DNA from: Patellaria atrata CBS 101060 | Taxonomy: Eukaryota | Assembly (NCBI GenBank): GCA_010093705.1 | Contig: MU006117.1 | Span: 77,707 to 141,706, forward strand | Reading direction: 5' to 3' | Length of the DNA stretch: 64,000 bases | In this document: positions 1-10,594 of the stretch, piece after piece | How positions within the stretch are numbered: the first letter of the stretch is position 1 | Layout: each line of letters opens with the position of its first letter | Program-made: the position numbers and the translations under genes | The notes under the pieces: model-generated | Databases searched by the model: none | Told to the model about the DNA's origin: nothing | The model's input: the letters and a program-made list of their open reading frames with translations, nothing else

Positions 1-315
1 GCCAGATTTCGTACAGTTGCAGGCGTAGGAGGGAAAGCACGATCAGTTAATCGATTGATATATTTAATAAGTGTTTTAGACTGCGCCTCGGTCATTAATT
101 TAGAGTTTTCGATTGCTACCTGGCGGGAAACAGTGACATTACGAAAACGCCGCGACAACGTCGTGCGGTCACAATTATACTCTCTTGCAGTTTGCGTTAT
201 ATTAGGGATATCTTGAAGCTTTAGACTCTCAAGCGCGGTCTCAATAGGAGTCATATTGGTGGTGGTGGAGTGGGAGGTAGTCCTTATTATTCTCCGGATA
301 CGTGTATTTTGAGAA

Positions 316-646
316 CTAAATTTTGGTGGGCGACCGTGCACTCTTTGAAACCGTGCACAGCCTGAACAAGACCCTTATAGGCACATGCTTTGTGTCTCTC
401 CAATGCTGATGTAGGTTTTCCTTTCTCCGGTAAACGGTCTCGCTTTTCAAGCAAACGTTATGCTTTGTCGATTTCCTCCAGTGTTTGTCAAGAGCGGCGT
501 CGCTCGAATAGTGCACATTGCAGCGCAAGTAGTAGCTATGCTTAGAGGATTTAACGTAGTGCGCCCGAAGAGCGTCCCAGTCTTTGACCGATTTGCCGCA
601 GGGCGAACAGTAATCTTCTTCGTTAAAATCATCATCCCAACTATCA
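316..646 (-). pseudogene. Degenerate multi-C2H2 zinc-finger gene fragment (paralog 1 of tandem array)
   Basis: After an acceptor (actgac...ctccag, ~647) the minus strand reads SDSWDDDFNEEDYCSPCGKSVKDWDALRAHYVKSSKH-SYYLRCNVHYSSDAALDKHWRKSTKH-NVCLKSETVYRRKENLHQHWRDTKH. Fingers 2 and 3 have each lost a Cys (Y and S in place of C). No recognisable C-terminal exon. Confidence 0.7.
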
Positions 647-1544
647 CTGGAGAAAGCGGTCAGTTTTTGTGAAAGCCAAATCCTATTCTACCTTCCTATA
701 ATCGGACATGACACCTGACAGAATATTGAAGTGTAAATTGTTATTTTCAGTGACAATCAAAGCAGAGATGTAGATGATTCTTCAGTATTCTTATTTCGAA
801 GATTGGGACCCGGATAGGGCAAGACTTTATAAAGAGATTTCTCGCAATCTCTATTTTATTCCTGAGTATCGAACTAATCCTGTAGTGCTATTCGGGTGGA
901 AAACCCGCGTCCGCGTCTCGGGGACAGATGACTGACACGGGTTACGGCACGAATCATCGCAGAAACATATAGATCTAGGAAGTGGGGTTGAGCGTGTTGC
1001 TCTGCAGTGTTTTGGGGAAGCTTCTCTCAACTGAATGGTATTTAAAGATCGAAGCTTACCATCATGTGAGCATCGCTATGATATAAAGTGTTACATACTT
1101 ATAGCTTTTTTCTACTCATAACGACATACATACAGCATCCTACTAAGTTGAACTGGTAGTCGAAAAAGTACTTCACTAGAAGATCAGATACAAGTGTTTG
1201 TGATCTGACTAGATTGAATCGTTGATGTGCCTATGGTAAATCTGTTGGAAAACTCGTAAAGCTAGACTTTGCTCCCTTATAAGATACCGCAAGTAAAACC
1301 TCGAGTGTGCCTCCCGTAAAACACTAAAGATGTCCCGCCATATTACTAGCGGTAAGTACGAACTATAGGATTAAGATCATAACGGAGGCCGAATAGAACA
1401 GAGAAGTGAAATGTGTTTTTCTGCAGGAAACGTCCTGGTCCCTGTCTTCTATCAGGCTTCAAACCCTAATCTGTTCCTATAAACCACTTCAAGCCAAACT
1501 CTTTTCAACCTTCCATCTTTAGCATGGTCTATCGCAAAGTTTCA

Positions 1545-2190
1545 GGGTGTATTTTCTACATGTTGCAATAATCCACTGAAGAAACCAAATTCCTGTCCGC
1601 AATATTGACAGAAAATGGAGCTAGGTTTGAGTGATCACTGAACTGATCAAAGCTATCCAGAAGGGGTTTTGGATCAATCACGAGGTACGCGCATCCTCCC
1701 AACGTACAACAGCCTCGTTGAGGTCCGAAAGGGTAGCACCTGTAGAGCAGGTTTGGCACTCGAGATGAATGATCATTGCAGACAAGGTCCGGAACCGGCG
1801 CTCACAACCCCAGCATTCGTAAGCCAAAGGGCGATGTGTGACTCTATGCTATAGGAGACTATATATTAGTTGATTGAAACTCACTAGGCTCGTGTGTTGA
1901 CAACTAACCTGCTCAAGGCTATTGAAGGAATCATGGTGCCGATGACAAGTGCCACAACCGTAGACTGCTTCCAAATAGTCCCTCAGGTCACCAGTTATTC
2001 CTTTAGCACATCCTTCACAAACAGTGTAACATTGGATTCCCTCCAATATTGTACTAAACTTGCCCTCGTAAGGCCGTCGAACCCACAGTTGCGGCACAGA
2101 TGATGCCTTTCTGAGGCGTCCTAGTGGTGCTCAAGCGCTAGTTGAGTTGTAAGAGTCCGCTTACATCGATCACAGCAGTGACCAACCGTA
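1545..2190 (-). pseudogene. Multi-C2H2 zinc-finger pseudogene (paralog 2)
   Basis: Reads CDRCKRTLTTQLALEHH*DASERHHLCRNC...QCYTVCEGC...CGTCHRHH, then an intron, then YECWGCERRFRTLSAMIIHLECQTC...FCQYCGQEFGFFSGLLQHVE. In-frame TAG at 2121-2123 and at least three frameshifts are needed. Confidence 0.8.
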
Positions 2191-2480
2191 GCGACAAAGC
2201 ACACTTTAGTAGTTGGTATTGAGTTTATCACACCAGGATTGTTGAATATTCAAATCTGGGGCGTAGGAGGCACGATGTAAGTGAGGAACGAAACTCAAAA
2301 TCGGGTTGAGGTTTGGGCATGAGTAGACAAACTCCTCAAGTATTTCGATGAAATGATGCAATTCACTCGATTGATCTAAGTAGGAGCTCCTCAACGAGAG
2401 AAGTTTAAGGTAGTGAAGGATAGAAAGCGCTACCTAGGTAAGTTATGAATAAGATTACCGTAGCGGGAAGGCCCAACGCA

Positions 2481-2504
2481 TTCAAGCTTAAGCTTAAGCT
2501 TGAA
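2481..2504. repeat. Perfect 24-bp palindrome TTCAAGCTTAAGCTTAAGCTTGAA
   Basis: The sequence equals its own reverse complement and contains three AAGCTT units. Confidence 0.9.
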
Positions 2505-2936
2505 AACAGGTCAGACATAAAAATAATTTGACGTCTAGACCTAGTGTGTGACGTTCATTGATATAGACAAGCAACGGAATCAGTGAGGCCCTTCTCATAA
2601 GCGTGTTCGTGCTCGTTGTTCTTAATGTTAATCAGACGAAGTAATAGTATTTTCAAGCTACGTAGAAGATCTCTAGGAAGATTGTTAGAACAAAGTTGAG
2701 AATATTCACAGAAATTCATAGGTAGATTACCCCGATCAATCAACAACGTAGATAGCGGTTTGCGGAATTTTGGGTTTATCATCGATTATGAACCGATAGC
2801 TCGGTGACCTAGGAGAGCGGAGTGACAATATCTGCAGGACCTCAAATTTGTGAGGATGAGATACGTCCAAGGTAGCTACAGGAGTTTATCTGTCTTCTCG
2901 TGCCCATGATCAGAGCGTTGAATGATGTGTTCAGCA

Positions 2937-3725
2937 CTAACATCTGGACTTAATCAAAATCATTCTCTCAAAAGCCCTCTGAAGACTCCTCCCCTTCTGA
3001 GCATGCGTGAGACTTCTCGAGCATGACGTTTGCTCCGCATGCTGCATCAGTCCACTATATGACCTGAACTCTCGATCACATTTTGGACACTCAAACGGTA
3101 GGTGAGGGTCCGGATGAATAGAGATCAGGTCCTTCATAACATACCTTCCGCCGGACAAGTCAGCGATAACTTCGTTGAGATCGGAAATGGTACAGCCTGA
3201 CTCGCAATAACCTGCCTCAAGATGAAGGATCATTGTAGAGAAACAGCGAAAGGTACAATTACAGCCCCAGCATTTGTAGTCGGCGGCATAGTGCGGGATT
3301 TGATGCTAAAGTAGTTCATTTCAGCGGAATTCAAAAATGTATTTGGATGATAGTTTGACCATACCATCTCCAGAGAGGAGGGTTTTGAAATGCTGGTGGC
3401 AAATCATACAGCCATTATTCCCTTGCAAGTGTGTCGCAAGATCTCCGTCTATGCCACTTGAACATCCTTCACATACAGTGTAGCACTGCGCATCTCTCCA
3501 ATGCTGCAAGAGATCGGCGTACGAACTTTCCTCTACATCACAACCAGCTTTCGAACACCGATGATAGGCCGATGAATCACACCAGTGCTATTCTCGAAAT
3601 TTCTGTCGCAAAATCTCGGTTGCACCTCACGCAGTAAAAGTGGCGTGAAGAATGAGTGTAGTGAGCTCGTATAGCATCAAAGCTTCCAAAGTAGCGCCTA
3701 CAACGGTGGCAAGAATATTCCTGCG
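2937..3725 (-). pseudogene. Multi-C2H2 zinc-finger probable pseudogene (paralog 3)
   Basis: Reads YSCHRCRRYFGSFDAIRAHYTHSSRH-FYCVRCNRDF, frameshift/TAG at ~3588-3590, HWCDSSAYHRC...QCYTVCEGC...CMICHQH, frameshift before a GTATGG donor, intron, then YKCWGCNCTFRCFSTMILHLEAGYC...FECPKCDREFRSYSGLMQHAE. Same exon layout as paralog 2. Confidence 0.8.
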
Positions 3726-5419
3726 ACTACCTTTTGTACCTAATTAGTCCACATCCTCCAGAATCACGAAGTATCAATCCGCACGCGGTGCCCGTACTTG
3801 CTGAGAATGGCCAGGAAAAATTATAAGTACAATTCTTCAAGGGAAGGTTTGAAGTCAGAAATGCCCTTTGGTTGTTTATGCAAGACGCGAAGTTTGACGA
3901 GGATATGATTGATCGAGAAAAGTTGCTTGGAGCTAGGAGATCCTTATACATTGCTGTTACTTGTCGTAGTAGTATACCTAGTGAGTTTTAAACAAGAATG
4001 GAGGCAATGTGAAAATGCGATAGAAAGGTCTCTGACGAGCAAGTCGCTTGAAATTTCACAAGCGAATATTGAATGAAGCGAACTAAAGAGAATTGGTTTC
4101 TCCTGGGGCTGGGCGATAAGATAACATATGAGATGAGAAATGATGGTTTGGATTTCGTGATTGAGGATGAGTGTCACGATAGGATTATTTCGGAATAATG
4201 GAAGGAAAACCGTTCGCCAGACCACACTACACCTCAGTTAAAGCCCATGAGTTTAAGCCGTCCTCGAATATCTTTAACGGCGTTGCTAAGACTGAAGTCC
4301 CCACGAGAGAACCCGCTCGATGCAAGTTCCTTATTGCTTCCTTACTTCCATCATTCACCCATGCCGCTCATCAAGGTCAACCCTATAGCGTTTTTCCATT
4401 TTATATTGAAATATTCTATCGCCTTTAAAGGATGATTGTTCGTATACTCTACGAATAGGCGAAGGAGGTTTGCCAGATCGGTGAGAATGTTGACTTCAAA
4501 TTCAACTACAGCCGTCGACTCCTTGAGCGAGCGAGCTTCACGATGGAAAAGTCCTCAGAGGTAGTCATCTTACCGAGGCGTTCGAGCCGTAGTTCACAAT
4601 GGTAAACTTCCTCCATAAGTCGCATACCTGTTCTACAAGGTATACATGGCCTCTGGAAGCTCTGGAAAGCTCGCAAGGTCGGGACAATCGCTACAGCCAC
4701 TCCAGATATCTGGTATTACTTGCCATCATACTCTACATGGTATTTATTCCAACCGTGCTCCACTTGTGCACTTTGACCGCTCTAGGGGGCGTAAACGGTC
4801 TTGTTACCTGGAACCTGCAATTGTCAGTTCTGCAACGAAAGAAAACACGCTCTTTCAACCAGAAGGGTTTCTATGGGTAAAATCAACGTACATATTACCA
4901 AGGTCCCCTTACACCTTGGCTGTATAAATTCAGAAGTCAACCATGCCGTACAGGCGCGTGTTGGGTTTCTCAAAGTGAAGTGAGGAGTAAGGTCAAGTCG
5001 AAAAGCGCAGCGGGGATGTGTGACCTAGCAACGAGCGCCAAGCCTGTGGCTGGCGCTGCACGATGCAGGGAAACAACAACCAAAACGACACCTCCTGCCA
5101 CCAACCTCCGCCGACAACAATCAACAACCCCCAGGACCACGAACCCCTAATACCGGACGGACCCAGAACCTAGGACTCAGGAATAATTGGCGACATTGGA
5201 AAAGAAGGATCACGGAATATTAGGGGAATACAGCGGAAAACCCTAGGACCAGCGGAACTGAAACATTCACCGCAACACTACGCATATCGCTTTAGAACAG
5301 CAAATTAATATCCAAAGTAGCGCATACACAGTAATCTATAGGTAACAAGTTCAGAAACCACTGAGTAACCAGGGATTCGCACATAATCCAGGAAGAATAT
5401 ACAACACCAAGGACCGGAA

Positions 5420-7221
5420 ATGCCCACTATTGAAGAGCCAGCATCATCGCCAGGGGACGGCGTCTCGTCGCTTGAAGAAGATCTAGCTTACTATAAGTCG
5501 CAGTATGAGCAGTTGGAGTTAGAGCTACAAGAGTTTCAGGCTTCGAGTAGGGAGCTCGAAGCAGAACTAGAAAAAGACATCGAGGCGTCTGAGAAAAGAG
5601 AAAGGCAACTTCAAGAGAAAGTCGAAAATATAGGATTCGAAGTAGGAGAATGGAAGGTGAGTACCATATTTTATGCCGAATCTCCATTCTCAAGCACGTG
5701 GTAACTCTCGCGCCATAGACCAAATACAAGCAATCGAAGGCGGAAGCGAATGCGGCGCAAAACACACTACAAAAAGAAATAACAACGCTTCGCGATGCAA
5801 ACCGAACCCTCCAACTTAAATTAAGAGACATCGAAGTCGTCAACGATGATTTTGAGAGACAAGCACGGAATACCAGTTCTTCTCTGGAGGATCTGGAGTC
5901 GAAATACAACGTCTCGATCGAGCGAGGCGTAATTCTAGAAGAGGAAATCAAAGTCGGCGAGCAAGAGAGAGAAGGATTAAGAATCGAGACTCAACGTTTA
6001 CGGGATGAGCTATCAGATTTGAAAATTGAGTCGGAAATAATACAAGAGAAACTTCGGATCGCCGAAGCGACGATAGAAAGGCACCACGAACAGCGTACAC
6101 ATGCCCTAACAACAGAAGTTCGCCCAAGCTCACCCCTATCTGAAGCATCCACATCTGCAACAAATCTATCTTCACCTATAACATCAACTCCGCCATTATC
6201 CAAGTCAGGAAGTTCGACTATCACAGAAACACCTCCATCTCCTCCCCTCTCGGAAACTTCCGCTAATCCCAGAAAAGCCCCAGCAACGCCCATCCCAATG
6301 CGGAGAAAGCATTCCATCGCTCTCGACGCAAATATGACGCCGCGCGCCGGCCACACAGGCACAATACGAGGCCCACGGCACTCACGAGGACCATCCATAC
6401 CAGTCAGTGCAACTGGCAGAACAACGCCCTCCCTACCCCGTCCTAGAGCACCCGCATCAAGACCCAGTATCAACAAGGCCCAAGAAGGCGGTCTTCTGCG
6501 TTCAGGCTCACTCTATCAAATTCGTGGTCTAATAGGTAAGATGCAGAAGCTCGAAGAAAGAGTTCACTCCGCACGATCCAAGCTCCCAGCACCCACCAGT
6601 ACGCCCCCACGAGCCTCGCCAAGAAACGGAAGCGCACTAGGCCACCACATCCCTAATACAGTCACGGTACGCAGTAGTAGGAAGCGCGCAAGCGGCAGTA
6701 CCACCACATCTTCTATTCACGGCGGCGATAGTAGCGTCAGTCGTCTTTCCTTTGGCGTACCGGCTCCCGCACCCCTGGATAAGGGAGTTGGTTCCAGCAG
6801 ACCGAGCAGCAGAGCTAGCATGGCGAGTCAGAATACCTTTGCTCGGCCGAGCAGCAGGAGTAGCATGTCTGGCGCCCGCACACCGTTGGGTCATTATTCG
6901 TCGGCTTCTGTTTCGGAGCGAAGGCCAAGGTCGTCAATGAATGGGGCCTTGGCAGCTTCTCACGGCCATACAAACTCCATGAGCATTAGTGCTGCAAGCG
7001 GGACCAGCAGTAATGAAGATGGGGATGGTTTCAGGACACCTTACGCTAGGCGACCGAGCATGGTCAAGGATGGAACTGGCATCCCGACTCCAAGTGGGAT
7101 ACCTAGACGGCAGAGCGGTGGTGTGATAGGAAGAAGGACTAGCGCAGGAGTTATTCAGGAGAGCGATATGGGACCGCCGCAACGGGGGAGAAAGTTAAGT
7201 GAGGTGGGGGAGACGTACTAA
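5420..7221 (+). CDS. nudE: Nuclear distribution protein NudE/RO11 (dynein regulator); exons 5420-5656 and 5719-7221, ~579 aa
   Basis: Coiled-coil motif [38 protein letters not shown]...CATAG intron joins to [26 protein letters not shown]...[17 protein letters not shown]-terminal motif [29 protein letters not shown]. Confidence 0.95.
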
Positions 7222-7675
7222 TGTAGATGCTCTGCGTTCGGCAGCGGAGCGAGAAGCGTATATAATTCTCTCGGGTGGGGTGAGCTTTACTTTGTTATAT
7301 CGCACAGGGGGCGGTTCTTGGGTTCATGATAATGATGAGCATCCGCACTGGGAGTTGGTGGTTACGCTGTGAGGATACCATTAGGAGGTTTTACGGTGTG
7401 GTATCTTTGGGACTTACCTTGACTATCATTAGCTATGGAGCATACCATTCCCTTTGTCAAACAGTTTCAGAACCTTGAAGAATTCTTCCTACGTGAGCTT
7501 ACTAAATTTTAATATGCTTAAGTACTATTGTCCAATCCCAAATAGGCTACTGTGAGAGTGAAAATTTCCGTGTGTTGTACAGTCAGTCTAAATGTACAGC
7601 TCAGTCATCCGGACCCCTTCTGTCTCGTTTCACGTGGAAGCATAAAACCTAATTGAGAAAGTTAGTAATCTTTTT

Positions 7676-8300
7676 CCTAAAGTAGAACACACCTGGGTTT
7701 ATATATACAAACCCAAGCAGTAGAGTTTCCAATCGTCTTATCCAGATCGACTTAGAGTTATATTCCCTAGGTATAGTACGTTAGTTCTTGCGCTTTTTTA
7801 TTTTCATATCGCCTAAGGCCTAGTTTAATTCCCATATTCGTCTTTTTTTATCTTCTTCTTTATCTCCTTCTTCTTTTATTTTACTCTTCTTGTATAAAAT
7901 AGAGTTTGTTTACAGTATATAGCTTATATTTTCCACGCATCTTAGTACTATTTTACATAGAAACATATATCCTAATATCACGAACACGAGCACGGAGAAG
8001 GATATGGTAGTACCAGTGCCGATTACTAGTGATACTAATGCTGATACATTAACACATAGGGTATGCCCAGAAGTTCTTAACCATTTCTCAAAGCGGAACA
8101 CATTCAGAGACCCATCCAGGTATATATATACAAACCTAGCAGTAGAATTTTCCAATCGCCTTATCCAGATCAACTTAGAGTCGTACCCCCAGGTTTGGCG
8201 GGTTAGTTCTGGCGCTTTTTCATTTTTCATATTACCTAAGCTATATTTCGATTTTCACCTTCCTCGTCTTCCTTTCTCCTTTTTCTTTTACTCCCCTATT
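7676..8300. repeat. Degenerate ~200-bp direct repeat, two copies (~7676-7860 and ~8084-8290), RIP-like divergence
   Basis: Shared core TATATATACAAACC..AGCAGTAGA..TTTCCAATCG.CTTATCCAGATC.ACTTAGAGT...GTTAGTTCT.GCGCTTTTT. Many differences are C/T or G/A. Confidence 0.8.
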
Positions 8301-8842
8301 ATTCTTTTCCCTCTGCTTTTTCTTTGACTCTCCTATCCTTTTCTGAAGTCTGCTAGTGGGCGCCGTTGCAAAGATCTTTTTCTTTGAAGGCGGTATTTAG
8401 GATTGCTTTGAGGCTGTTGAGATGGCGTGGGAAGCCCAGGGAGGGTGTCGTTGGTACTGTACAGTAAAATCCTACCCATTGTGCAAAGTGCTATGCGGGA
8501 TACGAAGTCACAGTAAGCATCGATAACCCAGTCAGGATCCCAGGTGTAGAAGAAGCTCGACGTGTACAGAACCATGTCATCATCTAGAACTGTTCTCGCT
8601 AATCTCATTCCGTACCTAAAACGTAACCAGACTTTCGTCACCAACATGATCGGTCATTCGAGACTCAGCCATCATCGTACAATCGTAATGTAAAAGGACT
8701 TCAGAATACACGCCGCATTCCTTGGTCATACGATATATACATATAATTTAGTAGTCATGAGCATCCCCTCCTACGGTATGCAAGTCAGATAGCGACCCAA
8801 AACCCTCATATACAATATACGCTCAAGACGAATTAAGTCCTC

Positions 8843-10277
8843 TCATTTCTCCTCCCAACCTACCATTCCCTTAATGCTGGCCACTCCGTCTTCCATAACG
8901 CTCCTCGCTTTCCCACCTGCTCCTTCCACCGCTTCACTCACGTCCTCCCTCCCAACACCGACTCTATCAACGATTGCTTTACCTACCTCCCCCGCCTTCT
9001 CCCTCCCCGAATCCACACCCTTTGTAAGCGCATCGCCCATCTCTCCCGCCCTCTCCCTTCCCAGCCTCGCAATCTCTTCCGGACCCGGGAACCTCTTAAT
9101 GGCCCTCAAGACCAAATAATAGAACTGCACGACCATGACATGACTCCTCTCCTTGACGGCCATCGTGACACCATGACCTAAGAAGCCCTTCACAACTTCC
9201 GCGCCCAAGCCCCGATATACCGCGCCCACGCCCTCACGCTGAGCGACATCGAGCACCGAGGTGATAGGGTTCGACGACGCGCTTGACTTCTCAAAAATAG
9301 ACGTTACGGAGCTAGACCTGGAAGCTTGGGCTCTTGTCTTCGCAGCTGAAAAGGGGTACGTGATCGTTGAGGCGAGTGCTTTGCTAAGCGCGGCAACTAA
9401 GAAGGTGAGAGCGCCGGAGGGATTGCGGCCGGTGCGTTTGAAGATCTGCTGTAGGAAAGAGTGGAAAAGGAATGTGAGGGAGGGATTTAGGGTCAGTATT
9501 AGGGAGGCGGGATAGCCAGACCAGAAGCCCGGGAGGCCTTTCTCCGCGTGGATTCCTCTAATGATATCGCTAGTAGAAGGAGACTGTCTCCGTGAGGTTT
9601 TTTTGGGAGATTCAGAGGAGGGGAATAAGGTCGTATGGGTAGGGGTGGAGAAGTTGTTGTTTAGGGCTGCTGTTTGTGTCCGAGTAACGACGTTTTGGAT
9701 TGGGGTGGTGAGGAACTTGCAGAACGCGCCGGCGAGGACGCCAATTACAAGTTCATCTGTGACGTTTAGGCGTGGTTCATGGGTCCCTGCTGTTTTTGTC
9801 TTCTGTAGTTGTGCTTTTCTACTATTTCCTAGGAAGTCGTACGCAAGGAAGAAGAGGAAGCTGTCCACGACACTCTTTGCAGTATCTTGCCATACACCTT
9901 GGTAAAGTGCTCTCACTCCACCCTCTTCAAGATGAATTCTTCTAAACGCATCTACGATATCTCTGTATTCTTCTGGTTCTAGCTTCTTCTCGCTTGAATC
10001 CTTGGGTCTACTAGACCGTTGTTGCACCTGCAATCGCGTGATGACTAAATCTAGGGGGTACAGGAGAAGATGCGACACTGCCGTACCAACAGATCCTGAC
10101 ACTGCATGGCCGAGAGCTGGGAGCGCAGGACCGATGGGAGAGCGGGACGGCCGATTATCCTCTTGGACGCGATGATACAGCGTAAAGGCATCCTGAAAGA
10201 ATGTCTCGTCAATACGGAGTTTTAAGGAAGACGGTTGGAAATTAGCGTACTAACTGACTATTATAGGGGTTCGACAT
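8843..10277 (-). CDS. Mitochondrial carrier family protein, peroxisomal adenine nucleotide transporter (Ant1-like); exons 10277-10251 and 10192-8843, ~458 aa
   Basis: Carrier signatures YPLDLVITRLQ, TPIQNVVTRTQ and YPFSAAKTRAQ; GFWSGYPASLILTLNPSLTF; N-terminus MSNPYNSQL|DAFTLYH...GPALPALGHAVSG joined by a GTACGC...TTCAG intron. Confidence 0.88.
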
Positions 10278-10594
10278 TATCATTCTTTGTATTAGTGATG
10301 CTGAACGCTTGGTGTACGAGTAGGAAGTGGATGATGTGCATTACATTATTGTACGTTAGAACTATGCCTCGGATGCGGAGTTAGAGACGTCATTTTGAAG
10401 ATGTGGATAGATGTGGCTTATGGCTCCCTCCACATTATACTCAGCCTCATCCACAGCCAATTATTATTGGAGGAGATATCCGTCTATCTTGCAGCAGTAA
10501 GATATTACCAGATGATATTTTTGTTTCACGCTATGAAAAGTAGCTCCGGTTTGTACTGAATATTTGGAGATATTTTTTGATTCTGATACTACAA

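Noticed and set aside
2121..2123. TAG at a Trp position rescued by A-to-I mRNA editing
   Set aside because: The same gene has several frameshifts that editing cannot repair; RIP (CCA>CTA on the other strand) is the simpler explanation.
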